Notes under the pieces: generated by a model
Seen by the model: only the letters and a program-made list of their open reading frames with translations
What the model was told of the DNA's origin: nothing
The model's database searches: none
Translations under genes and position numbers: made by a program
Source of the DNA: Felis catus
Taxonomy: Eukaryota
Length of the DNA stretch: 64,000 nucleotides
Reading direction: 5' to 3'
Assembly: GCF_018350175.1 (NCBI RefSeq)
Contig: NC_058368.1
Span: 126,358,001 to 126,422,000, forward strand
Part shown: piece after piece, positions 13,403-26,837 of the stretch
Layout of the letters: each line of letters begins with the position of its first letter
Numbering within the stretch: position 1 is the stretch's first letter

Positions 13403-14091
13403 ATGTTACCCAACAACTCAAGTTCTGCTGCCTGTTGCTCAAAAAGCCAATAGTCAAAAGACAAGTTTTGAGTGGAAAGGAACATGAACTTGATTCAGGA
13501 GGCTGGCCACCTGGGGAGAAGGCAGACTCTTGTCCAAAAACCAACTTGGAGGTTTCTGCCTGGCCCAAAGATTTTTAAGGAAACTTTAGGGAAGTTAATC
13601 AGTAAAAGGAGAGCACAGTGGTCTGTAACCTTTTTGACTGGGTGCAGACTCAATAGTGCCAGCTACAGACTGTATCATGGTGCTCAGAGGCTGTGGTGCC
13701 CCATGGCTGGTTGTACAAGAGAGTTTGGTTCCAAGTCTATCTAGGAAACAGTGCATGATATCTAGGTATATAAAGAAAGGTTTAGTTAATTAGCCACACA
13801 GGCTAAAGGTGTTTGCTAAAACTTGAGGACTACTGGGGTGCGTGGGTGGCTCAGTTGGTTAAGCGTCTGACTTCGGCTCAGGTCATGATCTCGCAGTTCA
13901 TCAGTTCGAGCCCCGCATTGGGCTCTCTGCTGACAGCTCAGAGCCTGGAGCCTGCTTTGGCCTCTGTGTCTCCCTCTCTCTCTGCCCCTCTCCCACTCCT
14001 GCTCTGTCTCTCAAAAATTAAATGTTAAAAAAAGAAAAATTTAAACTTGAGGACTACTAAGTTGTCCTGAGAGGCCGATGCAGTGGCTTCA
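13403..14091. mobile_element. Probable solo ERV LTR interrupted by a CAN-SINE
   Basis: TGTTACC...TTCA termini and LTR-like composition; family not identified. Confidence 0.4.
13834..14040 (+). mobile_element. CAN-SINE
   Basis: TSD AAACTTGAGGACTACT. Confidence 0.93.
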
Positions 14092-15129
14092 TAAACCAAA
14101 AAGGTCTATAATGTGAGGGAAAATTTTCTCCACTATTCTTATTTTTCAAGCATGCATTTGAAGAAATGGTCTTAAATGTACATGTATGAAGGATAAGCAA
14201 ACTGCAAGAATTCCAAAGGGGAAGAGAGGAAAAGATTCTTCCAAAAAAACTGTTTTGGAGAGGTCACTGAGACAGGTTTTTCCACTTCCAAGAAGCTTGT
14301 TTTTGTTTATGTTACCTTTACTTAATCATGTTTTTGTTTGCTACAAATTTTTAGATAAATTGACCTTAGGAAATAATTGTGCTCTTTAAGATAGATTCAA
14401 AAGTGAGATTACTCCTTAATGTTGATGCTGCACATCACAGTGACAGGGTAGGTAGGACTTAGAAGAACACCTGCATTTGAGACAGCCTTAAAACCTTGAC
14501 AGCATTGATCAGCACTATCATTCCATACCAGTAGAGGGAGATGTAAGTCCACTGCAGTAAATTAACAGATGTCCTTTGTGCATCAGTGAGGTGGGGGGGG
14601 GGGCGGGGGGGGGGGTTGCTCTCAAACCAGGTCCAGGTCCAGAAAATAGAGATAGAGAAATAGATAGAGAAATAAATGAATGAATAAAAGTTTTGGTCAA
14701 ATATTTTGAGAAACACAAAGTATACATCTTCATCAAAGACTACAGGCAGGATTTGCCAGTTTTACCCATTTTTTAAACGGCAAAATGTCAAAATGAATGT
14801 AACATAAAAGTCTTGATTTGCATTGCCCTGATTATTAATGATTTTAAAATCTCATCTTGTTTATTGGATGTAAGTACAGATAAAAGATATTTAACATACT
14901 TAATATTTAAATTTAAATCCTAAAATTAATCTTTTATATTCATTAAGTTATTTTTCAAAGAGTTAAATATTAAATTTAAATTCTAATTGATTAAATATAT
15001 CTCAGTAAAAAAATCTTTCCCTAACCTGTGCTCAGAAAATTTATTGCTCATCATTTCTATTAATATTTTGTTTGGTTCTTAAATTTAAGTCTTTATACCA
15101 TCTGGTGTAGGCTTTCTGTATACAATGTG

Positions 15130-15760
15130 TGTTATGGGCAGAACTGTATCCTCCCAAAATTCATATTGAGGTCATAACCCTCAGTATATAAGAATATAAC
15201 TATATTTAGAGACAGGGCCATTAAAGAGGCAATTCAGTGGGCGCCTGAGGGGCTTAGTCGGTAAAGCAACTAACTCATGATTTCAGCTGACATCATAATC
15301 TCATGGTTCCTGGGTTCCAGCCCCACATCATGCTCCGCACTGACAGTGCAGAGCCTATTGGGATTCTCTCTTTCTCCCTCTCTCTCTCTACCCTCTCCCT
15401 CCCAATCTCAAAATAAATAAATAAATAAACTAACTTTAAAGAGGTAATTCAGGTTAAATGAGGACATTTAACATTTAAATGAGAACATGCCTGAGCCCTA
15501 CTCCATTCTAAGTTCTGTCCTTATTGCAGGAAGTTTGGACACACAAGGGGACACCAAGGATGCTTGTGCGCAGAGGAACAACCATGTGAGGACACGGCGA
15601 GAAGGCACTCATCCACAAGTCAAGAGGTCTCAGGAGAAAGCAAGCCTGCCCACACCTTGATCTTGGACTTCCAGACTCCAGATCTGAGAAAAATTTCTGT
15701 CATTTAAGCTGCCCAGACTGTGGTATTTGCAGTGGCGGCCCTGGAAAACGAATCCAGTGT
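15130..15760. mobile_element. MLT1-type (ERVL-MaLR) LTR interrupted by a CAN-SINE
   Basis: tgttatgggcagaactgtatcctcccaaaattcatattgag...cacaccttgatcttggacttccagactcca. Confidence 0.8.
15238..15432 (+). mobile_element. CAN-SINE nested in MLT1
   Basis: TSD AAAGAGG(C/T)AATTCAG. Confidence 0.9.
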
Positions 15761-16753
15761 GAGGTATGGAGTTTACTTTGTTTTAATATGGAAAAACCAT
15801 TGGCTTCTAGTTCCATTTACTGAACAGTCCCTCGCTTCCTCACTGATCTATCATGACTCTTTGGTCATCTACCAAAGTTCCATATAAATGTGGAGCTATT
15901 TCCAGGCACTTTATTCCATTGATCAGTCTATCCCTGTGAGAGGACTGTGCTTCATTATAAGTGATGATAGCTGGTAGAGAAAGGCCTTGCCCCTTTTCTT
16001 CTTCTTTAAAGGGACTTCGCTATTTTTGATCACCTACACGTTGCTATGAAGGTTAGAATCAGCCTGCCAAGTGTCATTAGAGATCATATTGGGATTTTGA
16101 TTGTATTTGCATTAAATCTGTAGAACTACAGAGAAATAAACTTTGTAATTAAAGACTGATCTCCATTGGAAGGTACCACTTACTTCCTCTTTATGTTCGA
16201 TGAACTGCAATTCTAGTTCTGCCCACGTGATGGCACCACAAACTGAAAAATGAGATTTTCACAGTTGGCCAGGAAATCTCAGAACACACACAGTGTTAAT
16301 CTTTTAGTAAATACTAGAATGTTTTGAAGGGTAGATCTGAACTTCATATGGAATGTTAAGTGGTTTGTCGAATGCTTAATTAAGTACATTTGCTAAAAAT
16401 ATATACAATAGTGTAGGATAACCAAAGAGTTGAAATAATAATGAAAGATACCCTGACCACCTGTTCTTCACAGTCCTTTTCTCTTAGAAGGCCATAAACA
16501 ATTAGAGATAAAAAGTTTATTGTCAACCAGTCAAATAAAGATATGGTGTGGGATTAGCTCTGGAAGTTAAGGTGGTCTTTTCTAACCAGCAAGCCTGCTG
16601 TGAATAGGCTAGTGAATAGGTTTGCATAAATCTGGGGACCAAAAGTCACCCTAGGCTTATGAATGAAGGGGAAGATTACGTAATTCTTCATTTCCACCCC
16701 ACCCCACTCCAGCCCTGATCATCTTGGGAGTAAAGTCTACTTTCACTTATGAG

Positions 16754-16773
16754 AGACATGCCTGTGCTTGCCC
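16754..16773. promoter_or_regulatory. p53-family response element (two half-sites, no spacer)
   Basis: AGACATGCCT+GTGCTTGCCC matches (RRRCWWGYYY)x2 at 19/20 positions. Confidence 0.55.
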
Positions 16774-17524
16774 TGAACTGTGTAAAGAACCAGAAAGACG
16801 TTCCCTTCCTACTCTGTAATGCCAGGGAAGTCTCCTTCTACATTAGGTGGGAAGTGTTTGACACAGAAGGCCTGTGGAAATGCTTGTCTAACTGACACCA
16901 TGCGTACCTAAACTTGAGAGTGGACTGGAGCAAACCCTTTTTCTAAGTACCTGCCAGAGGTTCATCAATCTGGTACTGGAAAGAGCCCCTTGCATTTAGT
17001 ATCAAAAAACGGTTTACCACATCTTGTTAACCTTAGATTAAAAGATTTGTCTACTGCGCATCAATATAACTTGGGTGGTCTAACATATACATAGAACAGT
17101 TAACTAAACCCCAGTTCCTTATCTGTAAAATGGGAATAACAGTATTTCCCACTCCCAACTGTTGTAGGATTACATAAGGCATTTCAAAACACTATACACG
17201 GTGCCTTGTTCTTAATAAATGTTCCACTGTTGCCAGCACAGCAAGGGAAACAGGTGTTCCTCGGTCAGCAAAAGCGAATAGCAAAATCCGGGAACAGGAA
17301 TCTAAGCCTTGTTGAAGCTCATTAGCCTATGTCCCTCCCTTCATCCTACCAGTCCCCCTGCAGGGGGAAAAGGCTTTGCATTCTCTCCCAGCACCAGGGC
17401 CGCCCTGTGACTTAATGAGCCATTTAAAGGACGCATTGTGCCTAAGCCCTTCTGATAAAGAAGTGATAGATGACTTCTATGGTAAACCATAATTAGCACC
17501 ACCACATGTGCTTATAACACCGCT

Positions 17525-18060
17525 AAGTGCAGTGTTATTCTTGACAGCCAAGGTATGGAAACAATCTGTGTCCCTCAACAGATGAATAAAAAAAAAAAAA
17601 AAACATGTGTATGGAATAGAATAATATTCAGCCCTAAAAACAAAGGAAATTCTCTCATTTTGCAGCCACATTGATGAAACCGGAGGTTATTATACTAATT
17701 GAATAGGCCAGAGAGAGAAGACCAATACTGCATGGTATCACTTATGTGGAATCTAAGAAAAATTATAACTCAGAAACAGAGAGTGAAATCATGGTTGTCT
17801 GGGACTTGGTGAAGCAGGGGAAATGGGGATAGGTTGGAAAAAGAGTACAAAATTTCAGTTATCAGATGAATAAGGTCTGAGGTTCTAATGTAATAAGGTG
17901 ACTATAGTTGACAGTACTGTATTGTATAATTGAAATTTGCTAAGAGAGTAAATCTTGAGTTTTTCCAAAAAAGAAAGTGAATATCTGAGGTGGTAGATTT
18001 GTTCCTCACTTTTAAACATGTTGCAGTTTGTCAGGTATACCTCAGTGAAGCTTAAAAAAT
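17525..18060 (+). mobile_element. Old L1 3' end (L1MA-like)
   Basis: aatactgcatggtatcacttatgtggaatcta...gtgactatagttgacagtactgtattgta. Confidence 0.7.
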
Positions 18061-18515
18061 GTAGAAAACAATGTCATCCCCAAATACTCTTGCTCCTATA
18101 ATACTGTCATGCAAGGACGAGTTATTGCATTTATGTGGAGTCACTCAATGGGTTCTGAGTTTGTTCTGTCAGTCCAGGGTGGTTTATAATGACGTCTTAA
18201 ACAAGAGAGAAATACTTCAGGCCGTCTACCCATCACTGAGCAGACCAGCCAGGATGTTAAGCCATATTACCTGCTCAGATTTTGCTGGCCCTTGAGTGTA
18301 ATGATTTCTCATGATCAGTTGCACAGAAGTCTTATTTATAACAATGAAAGTGATACCTTGACACGTATATAAGAATGGGTGTGAGAAATAAAAAGGCACA
18401 TGGCCAAACCACATAAATGTCAGTCTTCTCTAGAGTTTTAGTTCTAAACATCTTCTCCTAGAGCATACCAGCCCTTAACCTCTGCCTTTCTTTTCTTCTG
18501 TACTGGGGCTGCACA

Positions 18516-19068
18516 TGTGAAACATAAGCAAAGCCAGAAACCAGGTCAAATTTTAAGTACAGATTATAGTCGTTTACTTTCGGAGCTGGAATAGGAGTTC
18601 AGTGTGAAATGAACTCAACTTCGATTTACAAAGGTGGTCAGGTTTAAAAGGAGAATGAGAATGGAGTCCAGAATGATATGTGCAGGCTCAGTAGAGTAAG
18701 AAAAGTAAAAACTTAGAAACAGCAGAAAGGTTTGGGGAGGGGAGGTTGGTCCATGTGAAATCATCTGTTTTTATTAAATGGCCTTCACTGAAGTTAGGCT
18801 CTTACCTTCTCACAGAGATGAGGGTACAGACTCTATCTTCAGGGGTTGGCTGGAGCAAATAATACGTTTTTGGGGCAGCACTGAGTTTTCTCAGGCAGGT
18901 CTTTGTTGGGTGGAGGGTAGTGGGAGTATTGGCCTAAAGGGGAAGTCTTGAGCTATTTGAAGCTATGTTAGGATTTGTCCAGGTCTTTATAGACCAAGTT
19001 TGAGGCCTAGTTGGGAAAGGACTCAGAAAAGCCTGGCTAGAGTTTGATCAATAATAAAATATTTGTCA
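18516..19068 (-). mobile_element. MER31/MER67-like ERV1 solo LTR
   Basis: Minus strand starts TGACAAATA...TTGATCAAACTCTAGCCAGGCTTTTCTGAG...AACTAGGCCTC, like the recalled MER31/67 5' end; TG...CA termini. Confidence 0.6.
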
Positions 19069-19865
19069 TATTAATACTAGTGTTATTGATGGAAAATCTA
19101 ATTCCACTACCTCCTTCTACCAACAGGACAATGTTGGTACTTCTTGATAACTTAAAATAATTTGGCTTTGGAGCTGCCTTAGGATCTCAAAAGAATTTGG
19201 GAGACAACTGGAGAAATATCTATCTCTGTCCTGAGGGAACTGTTTGTCTTGTCTTTGTCCTTTTTCCATTAAATATACTTCAAGAACATAAATGGTCCAT
19301 TGTGTTTCTCCTGCGCAGCATCCATCACCCTTCTCCATGTCAAAACCTTACAGTATTGTCTGGAAACCATGCATCAGTATGGGAAGAGAAGGGATTAGCC
19401 TCATTCATTAGCTCTGGGAGGTGGGAGACATACGAGCCTGGCCTGACCCACCAGAACAGCACACACCTGTAGCCAAACAGTTGTTCCAAGATTGACTTGA
19501 AACCTCACTCTGAAAAAAAAAAAAAAAAAAGAAACCTCACTCTGGCAGGCCAGCAGTTAATTCTGGGACTTGTGGCAATATGGAGAGGGAAGCACTGTTG
19601 CCAGTATCCTGCCAGCTATAAATCTAGCAAGGCTGGATCCACAGGGATCCCACGTGGACAGGCCCTATAGAGGAAAGGGAGCCAGGCGGGGAACAGAGAG
19701 GACAATACCAATAACATTTCTTAAGCCACTACATCCAGCCCCTTTGCATTTGATTTAGCTTTGTTTCAGTCGGTCTTGAAGTATTTCAGATATTAAATAA
19801 AGTGTGCAAATTATTATAATGAGCATCCATGGACCCACAGGCAGTTTAAGATGTAAAATGTTATT

Positions 19866-22800
19866 TTTTTTTCTATCTCCTCACATTTTTTTGGACTTTT
19901 TTTGATTTTTGTTTTTTTAAATATAATTTATTGTCAGATTAGTACAACACCCAGTGCTCATCCCAACAAGAGCCCTCCTCAATGCCCATCACCCACTTTC
20001 CCCTCTCTCCCACCCCCATCAACCCTCAGTTTGTTCTTAGCATTTAAGAGTCTTATGGTTTGCCTCCCTCCCTCTCTGTAACTTTTTTTTTTCCCCTTGC
20101 CTTCCCCCATGGTCTTCTGTTAAGTTTCTCAAGATCCACATATGAGTGAAAACATATGGTATCTGTCTTTCTCTGACTTATTTCACTTAGCATAATACTC
20201 TCCACTCCATCCATGTTGCTGCAAATGGCCAGATTTCATTTTTTCTCATTGCCAACTGGTATTCCATTGTATATATAAACCACATCTTCTTTATCTTTTC
20301 ATCAGTTGATGCACATTTTGGCTCTTTCCATAATTTGCCTATTGTTGACAGTGCTATTGTAAACATGGGGTACATATGCCCCTATGCATCAGCACTCCTG
20401 TATCCCTTAGGTAAATCCTAGCAGTACTATTGCTGGGTCATAGGGTAGTGCTATTTTTAATTTTTTGAGGAACCTCCACACTGTTTTCCAGAGCAGCTGG
20501 ACCAGTTTGTATTCCCACCAACAGTGCAAGAGGGTTCCCATTTCTCCACATCCTCTCCAGCATCTATAGTCTCCTGATTTGTTCATTTTAGCCACTCTGA
20601 CCGGTGTGAGGTGGTATCTCAGTGTGGTTTTGATTTGTACTTCCCTGATGATGAGTGATGTTGAGCATCTTTTCATAAGTCCATTGGCCATCTGGATGTC
20701 TTCTTTGGAAAAGTATCTATTCATGTCTTCTGCCCATTTTTTCACTGGATTATTTGTTTCTTTGGTGTGGAGTTTGGTGAGCTCTTTATAGATTTTGGAT
20801 ACTAGCCCTTTGTCCAATATGTCATTTGCAAATATCTTTTCCCATTCCGTCGGTTGCCTTTTACTTTTGTTTCCTTTGCAGTGCAGAGCTTTTTATCTTC
20901 ATGAGGTCCCAATAGTTCATTTTTGCTTTTAATTCCCTTGCCTTTGGAGATGTGTCAATTAAGAAATTGCTGCAGCTGAGGTCAAAGAGGTTTTTTCCTG
21001 CTTTCTCCTCTATGGTTTTGATGGTTTCCTGTCTCACATTCAGGTCCTTCATCCATTTTTAGTTTATTTTTGTGTATGGTGTAAGAAAATGGTCTAGTTT
21101 TATTCTTCTGCATGTTGCTGTCCAGTTCCCCCAGCCCCATTTGTTAAAGAGACTGTCTTTTTCCATTGGATACTCTTTCCTGCTTTGTCAAAGATTAGTT
21201 GGCCATACATTTTTGGGTCCAGTTCTGGGTTCTCTATTCTATTCTATTGGTCTGTGTGTCTGTTTTTGTGCCAGTACCATAATGTCTTGGTTATTACAGC
21301 TTTGTAGTAGAGGCTGAAGTCTGGGATTGTTATGCCTCCCTCTTTGGTTTTCTTCTTTAATATTACTTTGGCTATTTGGGGTCTTTTGTGGTTCCATACA
21401 AATTTTAAGAGTGTTCTAGCTTTGAGAAGAATGCTGGTGCAATTTAGATTGGGATTGCATTGAATGTGTAAATTGCTTTGGGTAGTATTGACATTTTAAC
21501 AATATTTATTCTTCCAATCTACGAGCATGAAATGTTTTTCCCTTTCTTTGTGTCTTCTTCAGTTCCCTTCATAAGCTTTCTTTAGTTTTTAGCATACACA
21601 TATTTTAAATCTTTGGTTAGGTTTATTTGTAGGTCTTTTATGGTTCTTGGTGCAATTGTGAATGGGATCAGTTTCTTTATTTTTCTTTCTGTTTCATTAT
21701 TGGTGTATAAAAATGCAACCAATTTCTGTATTTTGATTTTGTACCCTGAAACTTTGCTGAATTCATGTATCAGTTCTAGCAGATAGATGCTATCAGTTCT
21801 AGCAGATAGATCCACTTTTGGTGGAGTCTGTTGGGTTTTCCATGTAGAGTATCATGTCTGTGAAAAGTGAAAGTTTAACTTCATCTTTGCCAATTTGAAT
21901 GCCTTTGATTTCATTTTGTTGTCTAATTGCTGATGCTAGGACTTCCAACACTATGTTAAACAACAGTGGCGAGAGTGTACATCCCTGTCGTGTTCCTGAT
22001 CTCAGGGGGCAAGCTCTCAGTTTTTCCCCATTGAGGATGATATTAGTTGTGGGCTTTTCATAAATAGCTTTTATGATGTTTAAGTATGTTCCTTCTATCC
22101 CAACTTTCTTGAGGGTTTTTATTAAGAAAGCATCCTGTGTTTTGTCAAATGCTTTTTTTGCATTGATTTACAGGATCATCTGGTTCTTACCTTTTATTAA
22201 TGTGATGTATCACGTTGATTGATTTGCGAATATTGAACCAGCCCTGCAGCCCAGGGATGAATCCCACTTGATCATGATGAATAATTCTTTTTATATGCTG
22301 TTGAATTCGACTTGTTAGTGTCTTATTGAGAATTTTTGCATCCATATTCATTAGGGATATTGACTTGTAGTTCTCTTTTTTTGCTGGGTCTCTGTCTGGT
22401 TTGGGAATCAAAGTAATGCTGGCTTCTTAGAAAGAGTCTGGAAGTTTTCCTTCCCTTTCTATTTTTTGGAACAGCTTGAGAAGAATAGGTATTATTTCTG
22501 CTTTAAATGTCTGGTAGAATTCCCCAGGGAAGCCATCTGGTCCAGGACTCTTATTTGTTGGAAGATTTTTGATAACTGATTCAATTTCTTTACTAGTTAT
22601 GGGTCTGTTCAAATTTTCTATTTCTTCCCATTTCAGTTTTGGTAGTGTGTGGGTGTTTAGGAATTTGTCCATTTCCTCTAGGTTGTCCAGTTTATTTGGC
22701 ATATAATTTTTCATGTATTTCTCAGGGATTGGATGTAATAATTCCATGTTCATTTGTGATTTTATCTATTTGGGTCATCTCCCTTTTCTTTTTGAGAAGC

Positions 22801-23761
22801 CTGGCTAGAGGGTTATCAATTTTGTTTATTTTTTTAAAAAAACAACTCTTAGTTTCATTGATCTGTTCTACTGGTTTTTTGTTTGGTTGGTTGGTTGGTT
22901 TGTTTTTTGTTTTTTTTTTGTATTCTATATTATTTCTGGTCTTTATTATTTCTCTTCTTTATCAGGGTGTGGAATGTGTTTGCTATTCTGTTTCTAGTTC
23001 CTTTAGGTGTGCTGTTAGATTTTATGTTTGGGATTTTTCTTGTTTCTTGATAGGTAGCCCTGGATTGCAATGTATTTTCCTCTTAAGACTGCCATTGCTG
23101 CATCCTAAAGGGTTTGGATTGTTGTTTTTTCGTTTTCATTTGTTTCCATATATTTTTTAATTTCTTCTCTAATTGCCTGGTTGACCCATTCATTCTTTAG
23201 TAGGATGTTCTTTAACTTCCATGCTTTTGGAGGTTTTCCAGACTTTTTCCTGTGGTTGATTTCAAGTTTCAAAGCATTGTGATCTGAAAGTGTGCATGGT
23301 ATGATCTCAATTCTTTTATATTTATTCAGCGCTGTTTTGTGACCCAGTATGTGATCTATCTTGGAGAATGTTCCATGTGCACTCGAGAAGAAAGAATATT
23401 CTGTCGTTTTGGGATGAAGAGTTCTAAATACATCTAAATATATCTGTCAAGTCCATCACATCCAATATATCACTCAGGGTTCTTGTTTCTTTATTTATTC
23501 TCTATCTATATGTTCTATCCATTGTTGTAACTAGAGTATGAAAGTCTCCTGTAATTACCACATTCTTATCAATAAGGTTGCTTATGTTTGTGATTAAGTG
23601 TTTTATATATTTGGGGGCTCCTGAATTTGGTGCAAAGACATTTATAATTGTTAGCTCTTCCTGATGGATAGACCCTGTAATTAGTATATAAGCCCTTCTC
23701 CATCTCTTGTTACAACCTTTAATTTAAAGTCTAGTTTGTCTGATATAAGTATAGCTACTCC

Positions 23762-23797
<36 letters not shown>

Positions 23798-26577
23798 CCA
23801 GTAGCATGATAGATAGTTCTCCATCTGCTCACTTTCAATCTGAAGGTGTTCTCAGGTCCAAAATGAGTCTCTTGTATACAGAAAATAGATGGGTCTTGTT
23901 TTTTTATCCATTCTGATACCCTATGTCTTTTGGTTGGAGCATTTAGTCCATTTACATTCAGTGTTATTATGGAAAGATATGGGTTTAGAGTCATTGTGAT
24001 GTCTGTAGGTTTCATGCTTGTAATGATGTCTCTGGTACTTTGTGGTCCTTGCAACATTTTACTCGCAGAGTCCTCCTTAGGACCTCTTGTAGGGCTGGTT
24101 TAGTGATGATGAATTCCTTCAGTTTTTGTTTGGGAAAACCTTCATCTCTCTAATTCTGAATGACAGGCTTGCTAGATAAAAGATTCTTGGCTGCATATTT
24201 TTCCTGTTCATCACATTGAATATTTCCTACCATTCCTTTTTGGCCTGCCAAGTTTTAGTAGGTAGGTCTGCTAGTACCCTTATGTATCTACCTTTGTATG
24301 TTAAGGCCCATTTATACCTGCTTTCAGAATTCTCTCTTTATCCTTGCATTTTGCCAGTTGCACTATGATATATTGTGCAGAAGATTGATTCAAGTTATGT
24401 CTAAAGGGAGTTCTTTGTGCCTCTTGGATTTCAATGCCTGTTTCCTTCTCCAGATCAGCGAAGTTCTCAGCTGTGATCTGTTCAAGCACACCTTCAGCCC
24501 CTTTCTCTCCCTTCTTCTTCTTCTGGAATTCCTGTGATACAGATATTGTTCCATATGATTGAATCACTTAGTTCTCTAATTCTCCCCTTGTAATCCTAGA
24601 TTTTTTTATCTCTCTTTTCTCAGCTTCCTCTTTTTCCATAATTTTATCTTCTAATTCATCTGTTCTCCGTTCTGCCTCTTCAGTCAGCACTGTGGCCACC
24701 TCCATTTTATTTTGCACCTCATTTATAGCATTTTTTAATTCATCATGACTATTTTATAGTCCCTTGATCTCTGTAGCAATAGATTCTCTGCTGTCCTCTA
24801 TGCTTTTTTCAAGCCCAGTGATTAATTTTATGACTGTTATTCTAAATTCTTGTTCAGTTATATTTCTTAAACCTGTTTTGATCAATTCTTTAGCTGTCAC
24901 TTCTTCCTGGAATTTCTTTTGAGGAGAATTCTTCCATTTCATCATTTTGGCTAGTTTTCTGTCCCTTATGCATTTTAAAAGCTTGCTGTGTGCTCTGCAC
25001 CTGTGAGCACTGCTATATTAAAGGGGGGGTCATACACTCTCAAGGGCCTGGCCCTTCAGGAGGTATTATTTGGAGTGTTACTTGCTCTCTGTTGTTGTGA
25101 CTTTGGTTATTTTATTTCCCTACTTGTAGTGGTGTTTTGGACCCTCCACCAGGTGTGCTTTGATTTGTTCCTTGAAGTAGCCCTGTAAAGGAAAACAGCC
25201 AGACAGGAGACAAAAACACACAAATACACAAACAAATAAAACAAACAAAAAACTAAAAACTAGAAACAATCCAAAAACAGAAAACCAGAAACATCAGCTA
25301 CAGGGTGGAGGCAGTGCTGATGGAAAAGCATATACAAGAAGAGAAATGACAGGGGAGGGGGAAAAAGAAAAAAAATAAACATTGACCAGGCAGAGAGACT
25401 AAAAGGCTTAATCCAGAGAGAGAGAAAGGAAATTAAGGAAGGAGGCGGGGAAAAAGAAGTGAAGATAAAGTTACTGAGGCAGAGAAACTGTACAGCTTGA
25501 TTATTCCAGAGAGAGAAAAAGGAAAGAAGGAGGTGTAGAACATGTATCAAGAGAATGGATTAAATATGTCTGTTTAAACAAACCAATAACCAGAGTAACC
25601 AGCCTAGAGAAGGGAAGAGATAAGAAGGAGAAATGGAGGGGAGAATATATCTACATAACAAGAATTGTCCTAGAATTAATCCAATCAATGCAGCTGCGCT
25701 GGTCTGGAGGAGGGGTCCGTCTGTTTCCACAGCAACTACTACTGCTCCAGTAGATATGCAGTTACCCAGCGTGGAGGGATGGAGGGGCATGGTTTGGTGT
25801 AGGTGGGTCCTGCCTCCACTGTGAGCCCTGGGGACTCATCCCTGAAGCCCCACCTTGGTGGCCTTGGTGGTGATGGGGAGAAAAATGGTGACCCCCCCCC
25901 CAGTCTCTTCTCCACAACCTCGTGTCCCACATCACTCCTTTGGAGCCGTCCTCACTGTTCCATGGACACCGACGAGGTTGTCTCACTCTGCCGACTCCCC
26001 TGCCCCTGTGCTGGCTAGAATTTAAACTCCCACTCCCTGCGCACCAGCACTGGGGAAGCGCCTCCCAGTGCCTCCAGATATGTGGTCCCAGCTGGTTTTG
26101 TCCGGTGCCACAGCACTTTAGGGGAAGGTGACAGTTTCTCCAGCTGTGGACTGTGCCCCTGACCTACCACCAAACACAGATGTGGGTCTCCTCCTCCCCA
26201 GGTGCGTGAACAGGGCAGCCAGCCCCAGTCTAAAGAAAGCCCCACAGTTAGAGATGGGATCCCTCTCCATCCCAGTCCGAGGTTTTTTCTCTTGTCAAGA
26301 TACAGTCCTACACTGCCCCAGCTGCTCTTTCTCTTCCCTTTGTCTCTCCACAGAAGGGGATCCCTCCCCTCAGTGCCTACCTGACCCTTTTTATCTCCCC
26401 CAGTTGGTAGTCACCCACCTGTGGCCCATCAGGTTTCTCTCTGGCCCAGTGTCTCTGGTAGACTCAGTGTCTTTTCCTCCCAGACTCTTGGGTTCAAAGT
26501 CCTTTGGCTTCAGCCCTTCTTTGAGAGACACAGGAAGTACGGATCCCCCTACTTCTCTGCCGTGTTGGCCTCCCTCC
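19866..26577 (-). mobile_element. Full-length older felid LINE-1 with ~1.6-kb 5' UTR, heavily disrupted
   Basis: ORF1 remnant from 24945 (MMKWKNSPQKK), ORF2 remnant ~23994-20129. Degenerate 17-bp TSD AGATGTAAAATGTTATT (19849-19865) / AGATATAAAAGGTTATT (26578-26594). Confidence 0.93.
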
Positions 26578-26837
26578 AGATATAAAAGGTTATTAATGAA
26601 ATTAAACTCCTTTCCAGTCCTGCTGGTCCATACATCTGTTTTGTGTAAGCCAGTTTGAGTTGTGGCTGTGTCCCTTATGGCAGAGGAGTTCCGACACATA
26701 TTCCATAAAGCCTATCCTAAGACATTCTAAAAGCATAGTGCAAAAATAAAAACAGTAAATTAAATAAATATGATGTGAGAGTCACAGTTTTTGTCGCAAG
26801 CAAATGATGGATCCTATTGAAGCTTATGTTGCATCAT

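Noticed and set aside
17388..17410. REST/NRSE-like CAGCACC
   Set aside because: The right half GGACAG is missing.
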